The notes: generated by a model from the letters alone, not told the origin. Shown: positions 18,736-28,286, counted from the first letter of the stretch. The stretch: 60,359 bases of DNA from an uncultured virus (IMG/VR IMGVR_UViG_3300007542_004333) (IMGVR_UViG_3300007542_004333); one strand, 5' to 3'. Translations and numbers: made by a program.

Positions 18736-21700
18736 ATGACAACTGGTAAAGAACTTTATAGATTGGTCGTAGAAAAAGAAAACGGAAAATCCAATTCTGC
18801 GGACAAAAATCTTCCTTGGGATTTTCTTAGCTGGCTATCTGAAAAACAAAAAGGAACTGATCCCACTCCTGGCTCTATTAATAGCAAAGCTTATGGAATT
18901 GCCGAGGGCATTTTTAATGATCAAAAAGAAACTTTGATAGAGATTGATTCAGACTTTGAAGAGGGTATGGAGTTTATCGAGTGGATGATCGGCTATCGGG
19001 GTGCTCAAGGGGCGAAGAGCAAGTTAGGGGAAGATTTTGGAAAAAGTTTTAGTCAAAATATTGATAGAGTTTTCACTGTAGAATATATTTTCGGAGGTTG
19101 TGGGCTTGAAGATTTTAACGCAATATACGATCCGCTCCTGCTAGCGCAATCCCCTGCGACACTAAATCTTATAGGTGTTTTTACTAGTGGTAGTTCTATT
19201 GATAACGTTGGTAACGACTCAAGAGCAGTCGAGGTAAATTTTAATCCTTGCTCGACTTCCGAAACTAATTTAGATGCATATTTGGAGATTCTTGTTGCAG
19301 AAATTTATGAAAATGCGGGGTTCACTGCTATCTTTAAACAGGCAGAAGAGGAAGAAAGAAGTGGACTTGCTGGCATAATTAATCGCCGTTTTGGTGATGG
19401 CACTTTATCTGAAGAACTTTTAAGTGAAATTGCAGAAAAACAAGAACGTTTTAGAGATTCAATTTATTTTAAAAATGTTCGCTTTAAAGAGCAGTGCTTT
19501 CTTTTATCAAACGTTCAGGCACTTGCAAGAATAAAAAAACAAATTGATATAGGCTCCACTACCAACATAGAAGGCGAACCAGTAAGAGATCCTTTATTTC
19601 AAATATATCATAGAAAGCAATTACCCTCAGAAAGTGCCTCTGGCAATAGAACTTTATTGCTGCAAGGCGATCCATACGCTTTGATGAACAGGTTGACACA
19701 AAGCGGCAAGAAAGAAGCATTCTTCGACATTTCAAATGCTGCTCTTTCTTCTTTGCAGCCAATGACGCGCCTCTATAAAGTCGTCTATGACACCGGAAGT
19801 CAAACAGAAAGAGAAATTGAAATAGAATTTGATAGCAATACAACACAAAAAGACTTATCACTTCTGGAAGACATAAGAAAAAGAGGGCATGGTGTAGGAA
19901 TTAAAAGTTTTTCATTTTCTTATGATGGAGATAATCCATTTGCGATTAAAAAATCAATCAAAGCAACATTAGTAATAGTTGCAAATACGTTTGGAGAGTT
20001 ATTGAGAAAACGTGGCGAATACTCTTACATTGATCTTGCGCTCAAAACTGGTGGTGAAGAAACGGTCAACAGCTTGGATCCACTAAGCGCAGATGAGAAA
20101 TTAACGTCAAATCTTCAAAAATTAAATTTTAGATTAAAAGCAATCGTTGGCTGGGCAAACCCAATTAGCGTCGATGGAACTGTTATCACAGACGATATAA
20201 AAAGTGCTGTTTATGATTCTTATATTACTTTAAACTTGACTCCAACGGTTCATGATTTTAAATTTGAGGAAACTGGTAAGGTAACTTTCACACAACAATA
20301 CTTTGCTTACGTTGAAGACTTTTTTGATGAAAAAAGCTTTGATATTTTCTCAAACCCAGATATAGCTACAGGATCTGTTAGTCAAACATTACGAAAAATT
20401 GAATACGCTAATGAAATAAAGAAATGTAGCGCAGTTGAAAATATTTCAGAAATTAGAAATGCAAACGCTGAAGTTATCGAACAAGAGAAAATAATAAACA
20501 GACGTTCTCTCATGTTAGACATGATTGAAAAAGAAAAAATTAGAGTTGTAAATATACCGATTAACACAATGGATTTATATAGAAGAAACGGTCCTTTATC
20601 TGATAGCTCAGAACAACTAGAAAAAGCATTTGCAGAAGTTACGGTACAGAGCCTTTCACCAAGTACTCCTGATTCTTTAACTTCTACTTTGTTTACTGAA
20701 GCAGATACTGACGAAGAAAAAGTCACAGTAGCAACACCAAACACTTTTCCGGTAGAGACTGTATTTAGCACTTCTTTTTTCTGGGTAAGCGATTTGTTGG
20801 ATGTAATTTTAGAGCGTATTGGTAAGACGCTCGATTTAACAGTACAAGAATTAGAAAAAGAAGCTCCCGAAGGATTAGAAGAAGCTTACGCAATAGAAAT
20901 TGAAAATTACAAGAGATATCTTGAAAACTTTAAAAGATTGAGAATAATGCTGGGACCAGTTGAATTATTAAATGCGAACAAAACTGGTGCTGCCATTACA
21001 ACAGAATTCGTTAACTTTGGCGATTTGCCGATTTCAGTTAAATATTTTATGGAGTTTTTAACTGAAAAATACCTTAAAAAAGAAAGAGAAATATACCCAC
21101 TCAATACTTTCCTTAATCAGTTTTTTAATGAACTTATTGGTACTTTCTTGAATAAAGATACGTGCTATAGTAATAGAGCAAGGCAAAAGACAAGACTTGG
21201 TAGTGCTGCGCTCACTGCTTACAACAATTACGACGATGTTGATGATATTACATATTTATGTAAAAAAAGAAAAACAACAAGACTCCCCATTCAAGCCTTT
21301 TCGATGCCGATACTCAATGTTATGGGCGGAAGAGATGAGGCTACCAACAATCCAGGTATTGATAAAGAAATAAATTATCTTGTTTATTACGCCGCAAGAA
21401 CACAGCCAACTGAGATTATGAGAGGCGTGAAAAGCGAAGATCACCCAAAAGGTATATGGCACTACCAAGTTGGCAAAGATAGAGGCATTGTTAAAACAAT
21501 AGACTTAACAAAAACAACATCTACTGGTTTAGCGGAAGTTCGTTTTGAACAGGAAGGTTATGATGGGCTATCACAATTAAGAGTATTGTACGATGTTACT
21601 ATTAAGACATTTTTAGATGTTTCAGCTTTCCCTGGTAATTATATTTATGTTGAACCTCGTGGCTTTGATCCATCACTTGACCAAAATTTAACTAGACTTG

Positions 21701-22053
21701 GTGTTGGTGGCTATTGTATGATTATTAGCTCAGATCATACGATTGGACCTGGATTGGCGGAAACAACAATAAACGCGAAATGGGTAGCACAAGCAGAGGC
21801 AGAGGAGCTTGCCAGTAATCAAAATAGCGAAGCAGATAAAGGCTCAGAAGAGCCAGACACTTCAAAGTGTTCAGATTTGCTAAATCGAACTCAAAAAGCA
21901 AATGAGCAATTGGGAGAATTGAATACACTACCAGAAGAAGAATCTTTTGATGATGGAAGCAAAGGGACCGAGCACGATCATTTCACGCCACAAGAACGCT
22001 CTTATAGCGAATATGTGAAGTATCGCCCGACAGCAGGACAAAGGGACGTATAA
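18736..22053 (+). CDS. Large baseplate hub-like protein
   Basis: Synteny; C-terminal FPGNYIYV...GVGGYCMIISSDHTI resembles hub folds. Confidence 0.55.
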   Translation: MTTGKELYRLVVEKENGKSNSADKNLPWDFLSWLSEKQKGTDPTPGSINSKAYGIAEGIFNDQKETLIEIDSDFEEGMEFIEWMIGYRGAQGAKSKLGEDFGKSFSQNIDRVFTVEYIFGGCGLEDFNAIYDPLLLAQSPATLNLIGVFTSGSSIDNVGNDSRAVEVNFNPCSTSETNLDAYLEILVAEIYENAGFTAIFKQAEEEERSGLAGIINRRFGDGTLSEELLSEIAEKQERFRDSIYFKNVRFKEQCFLLSNVQALARIKKQIDIGSTTNIEGEPVRDPLFQIYHRKQLPSESASGNRTLLLQGDPYALMNRLTQSGKKEAFFDISNAALSSLQPMTRLYKVVYDTGSQTEREIEIEFDSNTTQKDLSLLEDIRKRGHGVGIKSFSFSYDGDNPFAIKKSIKATLVIVANTFGELLRKRGEYSYIDLALKTGGEETVNSLDPLSADEKLTSNLQKLNFRLKAIVGWANPISVDGTVITDDIKSAVYDSYITLNLTPTVHDFKFEETGKVTFTQQYFAYVEDFFDEKSFDIFSNPDIATGSVSQTLRKIEYANEIKKCSAVENISEIRNANAEVIEQEKIINRRSLMLDMIEKEKIRVVNIPINTMDLYRRNGPLSDSSEQLEKAFAEVTVQSLSPSTPDSLTSTLFTEADTDEEKVTVATPNTFPVETVFSTSFFWVSDLLDVILERIGKTLDLTVQELEKEAPEGLEEAYAIEIENYKRYLENFKRLRIMLGPVELLNANKTGAAITTEFVNFGDLPISVKYFMEFLTEKYLKKEREIYPLNTFLNQFFNELIGTFLNKDTCYSNRARQKTRLGSAALTAYNNYDDVDDITYLCKKRKTTRLPIQAFSMPILNVMGGRDEATNNPGIDKEINYLVYYAARTQPTEIMRGVKSEDHPKGIWHYQVGKDRGIVKTIDLTKTTSTGLAEVRFEQEGYDGLSQLRVLYDVTIKTFLDVSAFPGNYIYVEPRGFDPSLDQNLTRLGVGGYCMIISSDHTIGPGLAETTINAKWVAQAEAEELASNQNSEADKGSEEPDTSKCSDLLNRTQKANEQLGELNTLPEEESFDDGSKGTEHDHFTPQERSYSEYVKYRPTAGQRDV

Positions 22054-23267
22054 TGGGAACTTTTTTAGTAGAAAAAAACAATGAATCAACTCTTTTGCTT
22101 TTTAACAAAAGAATTGTTTATAAAAATGACGCAAAAAACTCTGTTTCACCTGAGTATGAAAATCTAATGGATTTTACGGCAGAGAAATATCTTTACGGCA
22201 GAGTTAATAGACGCTTTACTCCAATATACGTTACTTCAACATTTGGTAACAATCTAAAACAATTTAAATCTACAAACGCTCAGCAAAATGGTGTTCGCGC
22301 TTTAAATTTTGTTGTTGATGCATTTAACGACATGCTTCAGCAGTTTCAGAAATGCGCTATGACAGGCAAAATTGCTACTGATGATCCTTATTTGTCAACT
22401 CTTAAAGTTTATAAGGCATACCAAGACCCGCAAGTTTTATACAACAATTATAAACAGCGTTATAGGGGGCTAATAAAGCAAATCGCTGACTCTCAAGAAA
22501 ATAAAATAGAAAACTTTGATCAATTTACCAATTTAATGCAGCAAAGAGCTTCCTCAAAAGGCAAGCAAGAGCCAATTACATTTCCAGCTTTCGTTAAAAG
22601 CCGTGTTTGTCCGCTAACTGTCTCTGGATTAGTTATTGAAATAGCTGATTTAGACGCCACAAATGATCAACAGAAAAGCGATGTGTTTTTAAACAGCAAA
22701 AACTGGCAATTTTTTGTAAATGCAGCCAAAACATACGGTTTTATGATCGATCAACATGTTCCGTGGAGGTTGGTTGCTGATATTGGCTCTTCTACGATGA
22801 TTCAATACGCTAGGAGATACGGAGCTACCTCTACAGATGGAATTTTGGCAAGATATTACCGTCCTGCTTATTCTCCTTACGCTAGCAACTTCAGTTCAGA
22901 ACTATTAGACATTTATAACACGGTGAAGCCAACAAACATTCAGTATTTTGAAGAATGCAACGGCAGAACAATCGCAAGAAATAAAAAACCAAAGACCTAT
23001 TCAAATGTACAGCGTTTAACTGAACAGTATGAGAGCAGTTATTTTCTTCAATTTTATTGTCGTACAAGATTTTACGAAGAAGAAAGTAATTTTACTGAAA
23101 ATCAAAAAGCTTTAATGATTGACGATGTTGTGGAAATATCACAAAGAGTAAACACAACAACAGCTTTAAGGCAGTTTGAGCTAATATTAAATAAAACGTT
23201 TGACTATCAAGGATCGTTGAGTTATTATATAAACAAAGAAAAAGCGATAAAAGATTCAGAGAGGTGA
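22053..23267 (+). CDS. Hypothetical protein (end of virion module)
   Basis: 404-aa coupled ORF. Confidence 0.7.
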   Translation: MGTFLVEKNNESTLLLFNKRIVYKNDAKNSVSPEYENLMDFTAEKYLYGRVNRRFTPIYVTSTFGNNLKQFKSTNAQQNGVRALNFVVDAFNDMLQQFQKCAMTGKIATDDPYLSTLKVYKAYQDPQVLYNNYKQRYRGLIKQIADSQENKIENFDQFTNLMQQRASSKGKQEPITFPAFVKSRVCPLTVSGLVIEIADLDATNDQQKSDVFLNSKNWQFFVNAAKTYGFMIDQHVPWRLVADIGSSTMIQYARRYGATSTDGILARYYRPAYSPYASNFSSELLDIYNTVKPTNIQYFEECNGRTIARNKKPKTYSNVQRLTEQYESSYFLQFYCRTRFYEEESNFTENQKALMIDDVVEISQRVNTTTALRQFELILNKTFDYQGSLSYYINKEKAIKDSER

Positions 23268-23270
23268 TTT

Positions 23271-24449
23271 TTGTTATTTCAAACGCTTGACGATAAAACT
23301 GAATGTGTTGGCGTTTACGTAGATGGAAAGCTTCATTTTGATCATATTCCGCAGAATTTAACAAAAACATGGCGCTTTACTGGATCGGTAACCGACCCAC
23401 AAATTAAATACGCTTGGCTTTACTCTAACGGAGCCGAGATGGAAGATGTTTGTCCTCCAAGCTTGCTACCAGAGTTGGCAAGAATCAAAAAAACGTATTG
23501 GGCGTATCAAAAAAGCTTTGAGATCGCCAGAATACCTTTAACTGAATTTTGTTTTTTTGATATGGTTCCTCAATACTTTTTGTTGGAGTATTGCGAGATC
23601 AAAAACAAAGTTACACAAAATGTTTTTAACAATTTTGAACAGCCAGATAACTATGATCTTTTAGATTCTATTGATAAGCTAACTCATAAGATTCGTTATC
23701 AAAAATTAAATTTAAATAACGAAGGTTGCAAGAATCTTTATTACAGCACCTTTGGGCGTACAACAGCAGCTAAGTTTCTAAGTGGCAGTCGATACATCGA
23801 CTACAACATGTTTGGGACGGTCACAGGACGCCTTACAACGAACAAAAAAAGTTTTCCGATACTGACGTGTGCCAAAAAATTTAGAAGGCTTATAAAGCCG
23901 CACAACGACGTTTTTCTATCGTTAGATTATAACGGTGCAGATGTAAGAACGTTCTATGATTTGGTTGGCATTCCACAACCAAATGTTGATGTTCATGATT
24001 GGAATCGCAAGCATTTATTCTCTGGACAATTAACAAGAGATAACGCCAAGATTAAATTTTTTAAGTGGCTGTTCAACCCTGACTCAAAAATTGTTTCAGA
24101 TCATAAATCATTAAATCGAGAAAAACTTCTTGACGAATGGTATGAAGATGGTTATATTAACACACCATTTAAAAGAAAGATGCAGGTTGACAAAAGAAAA
24201 GCATTAAGTTATCTTATTCAAAGTTCAACCAACGATAGAGTATTAACAAGGGCAATTGAAATTGATTCATTCTTACAACATCATAAATCTTTTATTTCTC
24301 ACCTCGTTCACGACGAGGTTGTCATTGATTTGCATGAATCCGAGAAACATTTGATTCCATCAATAATTAATATCTTTGAAAAAGATAAATACAAAACCAA
24401 TGTAAAGATCGGTGAGAATTATTTAGATTTAGAGGAAGTTAAATTTTGA
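23271..24449 (+). CDS. Compact family-A DNA polymerase-like protein
   Basis: TVTGRLT, motif A DYNGADVR, YLIQSS and motif C VHDEVV. Confidence 0.75.
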   Translation: MLFQTLDDKTECVGVYVDGKLHFDHIPQNLTKTWRFTGSVTDPQIKYAWLYSNGAEMEDVCPPSLLPELARIKKTYWAYQKSFEIARIPLTEFCFFDMVPQYFLLEYCEIKNKVTQNVFNNFEQPDNYDLLDSIDKLTHKIRYQKLNLNNEGCKNLYYSTFGRTTAAKFLSGSRYIDYNMFGTVTGRLTTNKKSFPILTCAKKFRRLIKPHNDVFLSLDYNGADVRTFYDLVGIPQPNVDVHDWNRKHLFSGQLTRDNAKIKFFKWLFNPDSKIVSDHKSLNREKLLDEWYEDGYINTPFKRKMQVDKRKALSYLIQSSTNDRVLTRAIEIDSFLQHHKSFISHLVHDEVVIDLHESEKHLIPSIINIFEKDKYKTNVKIGENYLDLEEVKF

Positions 24450-25288
24450 TTTCTGTTATTGGGCTCGGTACAGGAGCTTCTAAAATTGCTAGTTTATATT
24501 CTCGTTTGCCTCAATACAACGCTTATGAGATGAACTCGTCTATCTCCAGAAACTCAAAAAATAAATTTGCTTTAAAGTCCTTTAATAGCCCAGAAGAATA
24601 CGAAAACAACATTCCAAATGTCTCTAAATTTTTTAAAGATTTAGATCATGAGGTTCAGTTTTTTGTTGTTGGATCTTCTTATAGTTCCAACTATTCTTTG
24701 GGCATAATAGAGCAAATTAAAGATAAGAAAATAGATCTTTTTTATATCAAACCTGATACCGAACTTTTAGCTGGAATTCCAAGACTTGTAGAATCTGCAA
24801 CTTATGGTGTTCTTCAAGAATACGCAAGATCAGGTTTATTAAACAGTATTAATCTTATCTCAAACTTAAATGTTGAGAGCGTTTTAGGCAATGTTCCGAT
24901 TAAAGGATACTATGAAACTTTAAACTCTGCTATTCAAAATTCTTGTCATTATATTGACTATTTTGAGCGCTCTGAACCAGAAATAGGACTAATTACTAAA
25001 CCATCCGAGATTTGTCGTATTAAAACCTACGGTATGCTCGACATGGAAACTTTAGAAGAAAAATGGTTTTTTAACCTTGACACTTACAGAGAGATATGTT
25101 ATTATTTATGTATCAATGAAGAAAGGTTGAGAACTGACGGAACACTTCATAAAAAATACGTAAAATTACTAAAAAACAAACCAAGAAATGCTTTTATAAA
25201 TATTTCGTATGCGATATACGAAACTGAATCCGAACAGGACTTTGGGTTTTGCGTTGCCCGAACTAACGCAGTGCAAAAAAACTCTTGA
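24446..25288 (+). CDS. Degenerate tubulin/FtsZ-like (PhuZ/TubZ-like) protein
   Basis: N-terminal VIGLGTGASKIA, YIKPD and INLISN; signature loop degenerate. Confidence 0.5.
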   Translation: MISVIGLGTGASKIASLYSRLPQYNAYEMNSSISRNSKNKFALKSFNSPEEYENNIPNVSKFFKDLDHEVQFFVVGSSYSSNYSLGIIEQIKDKKIDLFYIKPDTELLAGIPRLVESATYGVLQEYARSGLLNSINLISNLNVESVLGNVPIKGYYETLNSAIQNSCHYIDYFERSEPEIGLITKPSEICRIKTYGMLDMETLEEKWFFNLDTYREICYYLCINEERLRTDGTLHKKYVKLLKNKPRNAFINISYAIYETESEQDFGFCVARTNAVQKNS

Positions 25289-25313
25289 CTTTGCTAGCCA
25301 AGAGTGTTAAGTT
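25285..25313 (+). promoter_or_regulatory. Sigma70-like promoter for ssb; similar promoters at 27753, 28896, 30839, 37901, 42366, 46521, 58744, 59150, 59424, 59987
   Basis: TTGAC(A/T) plus 16-18 nt plus TAAATT/TATAGT/TATAAT-type -10, upstream of replication and early genes. Confidence 0.75.
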
Positions 25314-25362
25314 GAGATATCAAGGAACGCTTGATATACTATAGCCAAAAAGGAGAAATAAA

Positions 25363-26130
25363 ATGGCAATTAACATGGATCTAATGCGTCGTAAACTAGC
25401 GACTCTTCGTGGTGAGAATACTCGTGATAGTAAGGCTTCAATCTGGTTTAAGCCTGATGAGGGAGATACTGATATTCGTATCGTTCCTACTGCTGACGGG
25501 GATCCTCTAAAAGAACTATTCTTCCATTATGATGTTGGTAATCATAGGGGAGGTATTATGTGCCCCAAGCGAAACTTTGGTGAGCACTGTCCGATCTGCG
25601 AATTTGCGTCAAAACTATGGCGTGAAGGCGTCGATAACGATGATGTAGACAGTAAGAATCTTGCAAAAAGTCTATTTGTTCGTACTCGTTATTTCTCTCC
25701 TGTTTTGGTGAGAGGTCGAGAGGACGAAGGAATCAAGGTGTATGGATACGGCAAGAAGGCTTATGAGCTACTATTGGGCTACATCCTTGATCCAGAATAC
25801 GGTGATATCACAGACACTCTAGCTGGAACTGATATTACTGTTACATACACGCGCCCCACGAAGCCTGGAGCGTACCCTCAGACGAGCATGAAGGTTCGTC
25901 GTAATACATCAACTCTGCTAGAAGACACTGAGGCGATTCCAAGCCTGCTGGATTCCGCACCTGATTTTGATACGCTCTTTGAGAAAATGACCTCTTCTCA
26001 GATCGATGCGATTCTAGACGAATTCCTATCTGGAGATTCTGGTGCCGAGAGTCGCTCTTCGGAAACTCATCGCTACAACAAAGTCGATCAGGCTTATAAC
26101 GACCTGATGGACTCGAACATTCCTTTCTAG
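25363..26130 (+). CDS. Single-stranded DNA-binding protein (gp32-like)
   Basis: IRIVP, CPK...CPICE zinc motif, YGDITD...GTDI; acidic tail ending IPF. Confidence 0.8.
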   Translation: MAINMDLMRRKLATLRGENTRDSKASIWFKPDEGDTDIRIVPTADGDPLKELFFHYDVGNHRGGIMCPKRNFGEHCPICEFASKLWREGVDNDDVDSKNLAKSLFVRTRYFSPVLVRGREDEGIKVYGYGKKAYELLLGYILDPEYGDITDTLAGTDITVTYTRPTKPGAYPQTSMKVRRNTSTLLEDTEAIPSLLDSAPDFDTLFEKMTSSQIDAILDEFLSGDSGAESRSSETHRYNKVDQAYNDLMDSNIPF

Positions 26131-26139
26131 GCTGAGTTG

Positions 26140-26175
26140 AGCCGCTGGCAGATCGGTTAAAATCTGCCCTTTTTA
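26140..26175 (+). terminator. Hairpin/terminator (possible pseudoknot) between ssb and recA
   Basis: GGCAGAT-N8-ATCTGCC followed by a T-run. Confidence 0.65.
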
Positions 26176-26191
26176 TTTATTAGGAGAAATA

Positions 26192-27337
26192 ATGCCGAAA
26201 GCTAAGGCAAAGGCTGGTCGTGTGCCTATTGGTGATTTAATGGGAATTATCAACAAAAAGGCAGGCGCTCCAGTGGCGCATAATTTAAATGAAGATAACC
26301 CTACTGAAGTTAAAGATTGGATTCCAACTGGCTCACGTTGGCTTGATTCTATTATCTGCAAAGGTCAGTTAGCGGGTATTCCTGTTGGTAAAATCACAGA
26401 GATTGCTGGTCTTGAGGCTACAGGTAAATCTTATATGGCAGCACAGATTGCTGCAAATGCTCAGAAAAGCGGTAAACTAATAATTTATTTTGATTCTGAG
26501 TCTGCTATTGATCCCAACTTCCTTCAGAGAGCAGGTTGCGATCTTGAGCGTATTATGTACGTTCAGGCTCAGTCTGTTGAGTTTGTTCTTGAGACAATTG
26601 AAGAACTTCTTGGAGCAACAGACGAGCAGCTTGTATTTATCTGGGATTCTCTTGCTTTCACACCAACAATTACTGATGTGGAAGGAGATTTTAATCCTCA
26701 ATCTTCAATGGCAATGAAGGCAAGGATTCTATCAAAAGGTATGTCTAAACTAATCATCCCTATTGCTGACAAACAAGCAACTTTGATTGTACTAAACCAG
26801 CTAAAAACAAATATTCCTCAAGGTCCAAATGCTCGTATTGTAGCTATGACCACTCCTTACGTTACTTCTGGTGGTAAGGCTATGCATTATGCTTATTCGC
26901 TTCGTATCTGGCTAACAGGAAGAAAAGCTAAATCTGCTTATATTGAAGATGATAAAGGCTTCAGAATCGGTTCAGAAGTTAAATGTAAGCTTGAGAAATC
27001 TCGTTTTGGCACCCAAGGTCGTTCTTGCGCTTTTAGAATTCTTTGGGGTACAAATGAGATTGGTATCCGGTGTGATGAAAGCCTTTTTGATGCTATCAAG
27101 GGTTCTGAACATTTGTCTAACTCTGGTGCATGGTATTCGCTTACTATGGAAGATGGATCTGTGAAGAAGTTTCAACCTTCTAAATGGACTCAGTTTATGG
27201 CAACGGACGCCGACTTCAAGCAGCGAGTATACCAGATCCTTGACGAAGAAGTTATAATGAAGTTTGATAAACGCCAGGGTAGTGCGTCTTCTTTCTACGA
27301 GGACCAAGAGGATCTATCAATTCCCGTAAGTGAGTAA
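26192..27337 (+). CDS. recA: RecA/UvsX recombinase
   Basis: IPTGS, Walker A GLEATGKS, DSE, IWDSLA, NQL and SGGKA. Confidence 0.93.
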   Translation: MPKAKAKAGRVPIGDLMGIINKKAGAPVAHNLNEDNPTEVKDWIPTGSRWLDSIICKGQLAGIPVGKITEIAGLEATGKSYMAAQIAANAQKSGKLIIYFDSESAIDPNFLQRAGCDLERIMYVQAQSVEFVLETIEELLGATDEQLVFIWDSLAFTPTITDVEGDFNPQSSMAMKARILSKGMSKLIIPIADKQATLIVLNQLKTNIPQGPNARIVAMTTPYVTSGGKAMHYAYSLRIWLTGRKAKSAYIEDDKGFRIGSEVKCKLEKSRFGTQGRSCAFRILWGTNEIGIRCDESLFDAIKGSEHLSNSGAWYSLTMEDGSVKKFQPSKWTQFMATDADFKQRVYQILDEEVIMKFDKRQGSASSFYEDQEDLSIPVSE

Positions 27338-27345
27338 AAAAACCA

Positions 27346-27489
27346 TTAATTAAAACTGATGATGAATTTAAATAATAAATCATTCGTCTTATAGAAGAAG
27401 AGATTGTTCAGAAATTCCATAATCGTGAAGGTAACGCAAGCTGTTTTTACGAAGAGCCCGAAAATTTGACAGTCCCATTACAGGAGTAA
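27346..27489 (+). pseudogene. Diverged remnant of a second recA 3' end
   Basis: Translates LIKTDDEFK**IIRLIEEEIVQKFHNREGNASCFYEEPENLTVPLQE*, colinear with the RecA C-terminus. Confidence 0.85.
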
Positions 27490-27493
27490 AAAA

Positions 27494-27742
27494 ATGATTA
27501 ATTTGTTTGCCTTAATGTTTTTAGGTCTAATGAACACAGCTGATGCTGCGCATAGACACCCTCATCCACAGCCACCAAGAGCAGCTATCCAGCATGTACA
27601 TCGCCAGAATCATCGTGGACCTTATTGGCACAATGGACATAAATACCACAAGAGTGCTGGTATTATTTGGAGATGGATCCCTGGTCACTGGCAGGGCAGA
27701 GTTTGGGTCAGGGGGCATTGGGCGGTTCACATCAGACTTTGA
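27494..27742 (+). CDS. Secreted His-rich WxxGxW-repeat protein
   Basis: Signal peptide ending ADA; WIPGHW and WVRGHW repeats. Confidence 0.65.
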   Translation: MINLFALMFLGLMNTADAAHRHPHPQPPRAAIQHVHRQNHRGPYWHNGHKYHKSAGIIWRWIPGHWQGRVWVRGHWAVHIRL

Positions 27743-27752
27743 TTTAAAATAC

Positions 27753-27803
27753 TTGACAGCAACCTCCTGATCAGTTAAATTATAACTGTCAGGAGGTTTT
27801 TTT
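27753..27803 (+). promoter_or_regulatory. Promoter overlapping a long hairpin that includes the downstream RBS
   Basis: AACCTCCTGA-T-CAGTTA-AATTA-TAACTG-TCAGGAGGTT followed by a T-run. Confidence 0.75.
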
Positions 27804-28248
27804 GTTGAGAGTTCAAAAGTATGAGTATTCTTCGGATACTGAAAAGCTACACAGGTATTCAGGCAAAATCAAGCGCTACATGAGTCTTGCTGGTCGTGTT
27901 GCTCAGCAGTCATGCAGCGACATTCGTCATGGCGCGGTTCTTGTCAGTGGCAACTCTGTTGTAAATGTTTCGGCAAACAAGAACAGCTTTTGTTCTTTTG
28001 GTTCTCGTTTTCGCAAAGAATCTATTCAGCCTGGGTGCGCTACCGTCCATGCTGAACTTGGCGCTATCCTCGGCATTGATCGCAGTAAGACGCATAATGC
28101 TGATATTTATGTGGCGCGCATTGACAAGCAAGGAGACTACAAAATGTCAAAGCCTTGTCCAATGTGTGAAGCAGCCCTTCGACATGTCGGTATTCGACGT
28201 GTTATATTTACTATCAACAACAAGAAAGCAGGGAGCTACAGACTATGA
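27802..28248 (+). CDS. Zn-dependent CMP/dCMP deaminase-like protein
   Basis: HGAVLV, HAE and SKPCPMC. Confidence 0.85.
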   Translation: MLRVQKYEYSSDTEKLHRYSGKIKRYMSLAGRVAQQSCSDIRHGAVLVSGNSVVNVSANKNSFCSFGSRFRKESIQPGCATVHAELGAILGIDRSKTHNADIYVARIDKQGDYKMSKPCPMCEAALRHVGIRRVIFTINNKKAGSYRL

Positions 28249-28286
28249 AAAACTATGGATACGCATGCTTAAAACATTTCTTTTGA
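28245..28286 (+). pseudogene. Orphan 5' stub of uvsE (MKNYGYACLKHFF*)
   Basis: Matches the UvsE start MRNYGYAC at 28949; ATGA-coupled to the deaminase stop. Confidence 0.8.
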
